Both the position numbers and the translations under genes were made by a program. The notes beneath the pieces are model-generated. The model was not told the origin of the DNA. It saw nothing but the letters and a program-made list of their open reading frames with translations, and did no database searches. A stretch of 64,000 bases of DNA, taken from the NCBI GenBank assembly GCA_965263035.1, contig OZ253580.1:1440001-1504000 (forward strand). The letters run 5' to 3'. Of this stretch, positions 60,196 through 64,000 are shown in pieces (within the stretch, counting starts at the first letter, position 1; each line of letters starts with the position of its first letter). The DNA is from Acidobacteriota bacterium. Lineage in GTDB: Bacteria; Acidobacteriota; UBA6911; RPQK01; JAJDTT01.

Positions 60196-60601
60196 TCCGT
60201 TGTTCGGAGCGGACTAGGAAGAATTCTACATGGCCTACATGCTGGGCCGATCGTACCTGGGGATGCGGGCCGAGGAGATTCTGTCCATCGCCCGCCATCT
60301 GGCCTCCGCCCCGGGGTCCGATGCCGCAGGGAAGGTTCACTTGGTAGGCATAGGCGAGGCCGGACCCGCCGCCCTCCATGCCGCGGCCGTGGAACCGGCG
60401 CTGTTCGCTTCACTGGAGCTGCGCCGGTCGCTGGTGTCCTGGTCCAACGTGATTCAGACCGAGGTGCCCGTCAACCAGTTGGTGAACACGGTCCACGCGT
60501 CGTTGCAGAAATACGATCTGCCCGATCTTCTGAAGACCCTTTCCGGGATGAAGGTCAGGGTCGTCGAACCGGCCGACGGCGCCGGTGAGCGGTTACGTTA
60601 G
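60192..60601 (+). pseudogene. 3' fragment of the esterase gene with an in-frame stop
   Basis: Homologous to 53079-53488; TGG>TAG at about 60215. Confidence 0.85.
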
Positions 60602-61431
60602 CTCGCTGGTCGGTACTGCTGGAAGCGTGACGCTCCCGCACGAAACGAATCCAACCTGGGGACTATCCGCTCCTGGCCTTGCGGGTGAAGTATTCGGCGT
60701 TGGCGGGAAATGAACTCAGGCGCTGCATCAGATCGTTTCGTACGCCCCGAAAGGCGTCCAGATGCTGCGGAGCCACCGGTTTTTCCGGCGGAAACCGGAG
60801 CTTGGAGGGGTTCAGGTACCGACCGCTCCGATCCTGGATCCGATAGTCCAGGTGGGGTCCCGTGGAGAGGCCGGTGGATCCGACTCTCCCGATGACCTGC
60901 CCCTGATCCACGCGCTGGCCATGGCGCACCTGGACTCGGGACAGATGCGCGTAGCTGGTGGAATATTGTCTGTGGCGGATCCTCACCATCTTCCCATAAC
61001 CCCCGTTGCGACCGGCAAATGCGACGGTGCCGGTGGCGACCGAGAGCACCTCGGTGCCGGTGGGTGCACCGTAGTCCACCCCCAGATGCGGACGCCGCCG
61101 TTTCAGTACGGGATGGTATCGGGAGTAGGAGAAGCCTGAAGTGATGCGCGGATCGAACTTGAAGGGCACCCGGAGGAACGCCTTCCGCAAGGAGTTCCCC
61201 CCCTCGTCGAAATAATCCTCCTTGCCCGTCTTGGGATCCGCAAACAGGAATCCGAAGAAACTCCTGTCCATCTGGTCGAAGCGGACGGCCAACACATCGC
61301 CGTACTTGACGAACCGGCCGGCCCGGTACTTCTTCTCCACCAGCAAGGTGATCGAATCCTGGCGCTGCAGCTGGGTGAAGTCGAGGTCCCAGCCAAGAAT
61401 GTCCAGGACCTTGATCACGAGCGCGTACTGC
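60192..61431. repeat. 1240-bp direct repeat, copy B
   Basis: Matches 53079-54318; diverged over the first ~220 bp, near-identical thereafter. Confidence 0.92.
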
Positions 61432-61952
61432 TCACCTTGGGAGACGAGGGCGTGGGACAGGTTGGTCCGGATCTCCCCGAAGACTCGTTCTTCCTCCAGT
61501 TGGAAGTCGTATTTGTGACGAGTCGCCACGTAACGGTCGCGCTCCTGGCGGACCACCAGATACTCTTCTTCGTCGATGTCGTAGCGAACGCTCCGAAACG
61601 ATCCGTCGAGCTCCTGCTCCAGCACCAGGCGGTTCCCCGGCCGCACCCGGTCCAGGTTGTAGACGGAGCGGGTATCCTCCACCAGCCGGTGGATCTCCGA
61701 GCCGGAGACGTCGAACTCCCGCAGGACGGTCGCCAAGGTGGCGCCGCGAGGGATGCCGGTCCTGCGAACCTTCACCGGGTCGGGCTCGGAAACCTGAGGT
61801 TCGGTTGCAGACACCGCCTCCGGAGCCTCGAGGGAGGGCGCCGGCCCCAGCTTGAGGTCGACCCGGTGTCTCTGAGACAGAACCGCCAGGGTCAGCCCAA
61901 CCGATAGAACTGCCAGAAAGCCAATACCGAACCCGCTCTTCATCGGACCCAC
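60663..61952 (-). CDS. M23-family peptidoglycan DD-endopeptidase (MepM-like)
   Basis: N-terminal TM, HLGVD, YAHL, STGPHLDY. Confidence 0.9.
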   Translation of the reverse strand: MGPMKSGFGIGFLAVLSVGLTLAVLSQRHRVDLKLGPAPSLEAPEAVSATEPQVSEPDPVKVRRTGIPRGATLATVLREFDVSGSEIHRLVEDTRSVYNLDRVRPGNRLVLEQELDGSFRSVRYDIDEEEYLVVRQERDRYVATRHKYDFQLEEERVFGEIRTNLSHALVSQGEQYALVIKVLDILGWDLDFTQLQRQDSITLLVEKKYRAGRFVKYGDVLAVRFDQMDRSFFGFLFADPKTGKEDYFDEGGNSLRKAFLRVPFKFDPRITSGFSYSRYHPVLKRRRPHLGVDYGAPTGTEVLSVATGTVAFAGRNGGYGKMVRIRHRQYSTSYAHLSRVQVRHGQRVDQGQVIGRVGSTGLSTGPHLDYRIQDRSGRYLNPSKLRFPPEKPVAPQHLDAFRGVRNDLMQRLSSFPANAEYFTRKARSG

Positions 61953-61999
61953 AGAACTATCCCCTTCGTTGCAAGCCCCAAACTTTACCAGAGATTCCT

Positions 62000-62485
62000 T
62001 TATCCGTCCAAACCGCGCAGACTGGACTCTACGACCTCAGGCACCAAGCCCGTGATATCCCCTCCCAAGGCGTAGACCTCCTTGATCAGACTGGAACTCA
62101 GGTACGAGTACTCGGAGGAAGGCAGCATGAATATGGTCTCGATGGAAGACTCTATCCTCCGGTTCATCAGGGCCATCTGGAATTCATATTCGTAATCGGT
62201 GACGGCCCGGATGCCGCGGACGATGACCCGGGCACCCTTCTCGACCGCATAACTCACCAAGAGGCCGTCGAAAGAATCGACCTTGACATTTTCCCATGCG
62301 CCGGTGACCTGCCGCAGCATCGCCTGTCGTTCCTCGGCGCTGAAAAGGGGTTTCTTCTCCAGGTTTTGCAGAACCGCCACGATCACCGTGTCGAAGACGG
62401 ACCGGCTCCTGCGGATGATGTCGAGATGACCGTTGGTCACGGGATCGAAGGATCCCGGATAGATGGCAACTACCGGCTCCGCCAT
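62000..62485 (-). CDS. coaD: Phosphopantetheine adenylyltransferase
   Basis: YPGSFDPVTNGH, RGIR..DYEYE, LSSS. Confidence 0.96.
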   Translation of the reverse strand: MAEPVVAIYPGSFDPVTNGHLDIIRRSRSVFDTVIVAVLQNLEKKPLFSAEERQAMLRQVTGAWENVKVDSFDGLLVSYAVEKGARVIVRGIRAVTDYEYEFQMALMNRRIESSIETIFMLPSSEYSYLSSSLIKEVYALGGDITGLVPEVVESSLRGLDG

Positions 62486-62643
62486 GAGATCCGCATCATG
62501 TTACGCAGGCCATGCTCGAATGACAACCACGCCGGGGACAACCGCCGCGGGTGACCTGTCAAGGGGAACTTCGAGGCGAGTTTCGCACGAGCGGGCACCT
62601 GCGCCGTCTATCCGCATGACTCAGCCACGATACGAAATCGGCG

Positions 62644-62673
62644 TTGACACCGGTGGGATCGAATCCCTACAAT
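62644..62673 (+). promoter_or_regulatory. Near-consensus sigma70 promoter upstream of the ECF sigma gene
   Basis: TTGACA(62644)-18 bp-TACAAT(62668). Confidence 0.7.
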
Positions 62674-62765
62674 TACCCACCTGTTTCGCTGCAGGATCCT
62701 CCCACCCCCTGACCGGCCTGCAGCGTTTTGCTCATTTCCGTTTCTGCGAAGCGGGTACATACCGC

Positions 62766-63332
62766 ATGCTGGAACGGGTTTGGCAAGAAAAGTACACCGC
62801 TCTTCGCTCCATTGTTCGAAGCTTTCTGTTCGACGACGCTCGCGTGGAGGACATACTCCAGGACGCTCTTTCCCGGGTGCTGGCCTCGGGACGGAGCTTT
62901 CCTGACGAGTTGGAAACCTACCGCTACCTGCGCCGGGCCGTCTTCAACGCCAGCATCGACCACTACCGCGCATCCCGGCGTCGCATCTACCTGCCGCTTC
63001 CAGAGGAACCAGGAGACCTCACGCTCCCCATCCACACCGGCCCTTCCGACCCCCTCGCTCTCCTGCTGCAACAAGAGCGGCAAAGTCTCAAGCATGCCAT
63101 TCTGCGGGAGATCACGGGGGCCATGGCCGACCTTCCGGACGCGCAGCAGGAGGCGATCTGGATGATCATGGGACAGCGAGACATGAGGCTGAAGGATCTC
63201 TGCCGGATCAAAGGAATCCCCTACAGCACCCTGCGCAGTCGTATGCTGGCCGGCGTCGAACGATTGCGCCGCCGACTCAAGACCAGGCGCCTCTATCAGG
63301 AGTACCTGAACCTGGATCGAAGGATGACGTGA
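62766..63332 (+). CDS. ECF-type RNA polymerase sigma factor
   Basis: Region 2 VEDILQDA...YLRRAVFNASIDHYR; region 4 LPDAQQEAI...GIPYSTLRSR; start inferred downstream of the promoter. Confidence 0.82.
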   Translation: MLERVWQEKYTALRSIVRSFLFDDARVEDILQDALSRVLASGRSFPDELETYRYLRRAVFNASIDHYRASRRRIYLPLPEEPGDLTLPIHTGPSDPLALLLQQERQSLKHAILREITGAMADLPDAQQEAIWMIMGQRDMRLKDLCRIKGIPYSTLRSRMLAGVERLRRRLKTRRLYQEYLNLDRRMT

Positions 63333-63939
63333 TCCCTTCAGGCTTGGGGGCAATTCCCGCTTCATTCGTAGGTCCGCTACCCGGTTCCCGCGGCTCCCCC
63401 GGTACCGAGTAGAAGAAAAGCTTGTTGTCGCCGACCCGCACCGTACGGGTCCAGGTGACCTGCGAAGTCGTTTCCGGAAGCGGAGTTTTCTTGAACACCT
63501 CCAGGACGATGGTGCTCTCCGGGCGGATCCAGGGCATGGCCGAGAGCCTCTCCAGAAGCTTGGCGTGGCGCTTGAACTTGTAGGGCGGGTCCAGAAAGAC
63601 GAAGTCGACGGAGGGAGGCCGGAGATTCCGCAGGAGGGTAAAGGAATCCTTCCGGTGAATCTCGAATCCCTCCTCCACTCGGCAACGGGCCAGATTCTTC
63701 CGGACCAGCGTGGTGGATTCTCGATTCCGGTCATTGAAGATGACGTACCGGGCGCCCCGGCTGATGGCCTCGATCCCCACGGCTCCGGAACCGGTGAAGA
63801 GGTCGAGCCAGACGGAACCGGGGACTCGATCCCGAAGGATATTGAAGAGGGCCTCCCGGGCCCGGTCCGTGGTGGGCCGGATGTCGGCCCGAAATTTGGC
63901 CAGCCTCTTGCCTCGGAATCGACCTGCGATGATCCTCAT
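63277..63939 (-). CDS. rsmD: 16S rRNA m2G966 methyltransferase
   Basis: MRIIAG, RPTTDRAREALFN, LDLFTGSG, FLDPPY. Confidence 0.94.
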   Translation of the reverse strand: MRIIAGRFRGKRLAKFRADIRPTTDRAREALFNILRDRVPGSVWLDLFTGSGAVGIEAISRGARYVIFNDRNRESTTLVRKNLARCRVEEGFEIHRKDSFTLLRNLRPPSVDFVFLDPPYKFKRHAKLLERLSAMPWIRPESTIVLEVFKKTPLPETTSQVTWTRTVRVGDNKLFFYSVPGEPREPGSGPTNEAGIAPKPEGITSSFDPGSGTPDRGAWS

Positions 63940-64000
63940 GTCCGCCGAACCCGGAATCAACCCACGTCGAAGAGTCCGAATCGAATCCGCCACTGGTCCG

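Noticed and set aside
1-64000. CRISPR array, tRNA (including selC near selB) or rRNA
   Set aside because: No regularly spaced repeats or cloverleaf/rRNA signatures recognised by eye; tRNAscan-SE and Infernal would be needed to exclude them.

Overview
High-GC bacterial chromosome segment, probably Acidobacteriota; a host-associated lifestyle such as a sponge symbiont is an inference from gene content only. A housekeeping core runs from about 19 to 49 kb and 60.6 to 64 kb: PBP1A, polyprenyl synthase, tatD, metG, larC, argS, rplS-trmD-rimM-khpA-rpsP-ffh, selB, tatA, cutA/dsbD, pyrR-B-C, pyrK-D, coaD and rsmD. Two accessory regions interrupt it. (1) 0.6-19 kb holds a type III PKS/methyltransferase pair and a type I R-M locus. 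Its HsdR carries a C-terminal Schlafen/AlbA_2 domain, two toxin-antitoxin modules (VapBC-like and AbiE-like) lie between hsdM and hsdS, and hsdS is split by one of two near-identical 2462-bp IS4-family elements encoding a DUF4338(DruA-like)-transposase fusion. Both IS copies have 8-bp CTAG-centred target duplications. (2) 53-61.4 kb is a 5.9-kb cargo bracketed by a 1240-bp imperfect direct repeat of chromosomal DNA. It contains a 5'-truncated proteasome-like gene, an intact IS1380 element, a frameshifted DNA methyltransferase, an ISAs1-like remnant, and an intact two-gene operon encoding a membrane-anchored ankyrin protein plus a small secreted six-cysteine peptide with symmetric Cys spacing. 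A 159-bp hairpin MITE occurs three times. No rRNA, tRNA or CRISPR array was recognised. All family assignments come from motif recognition, not database searches.
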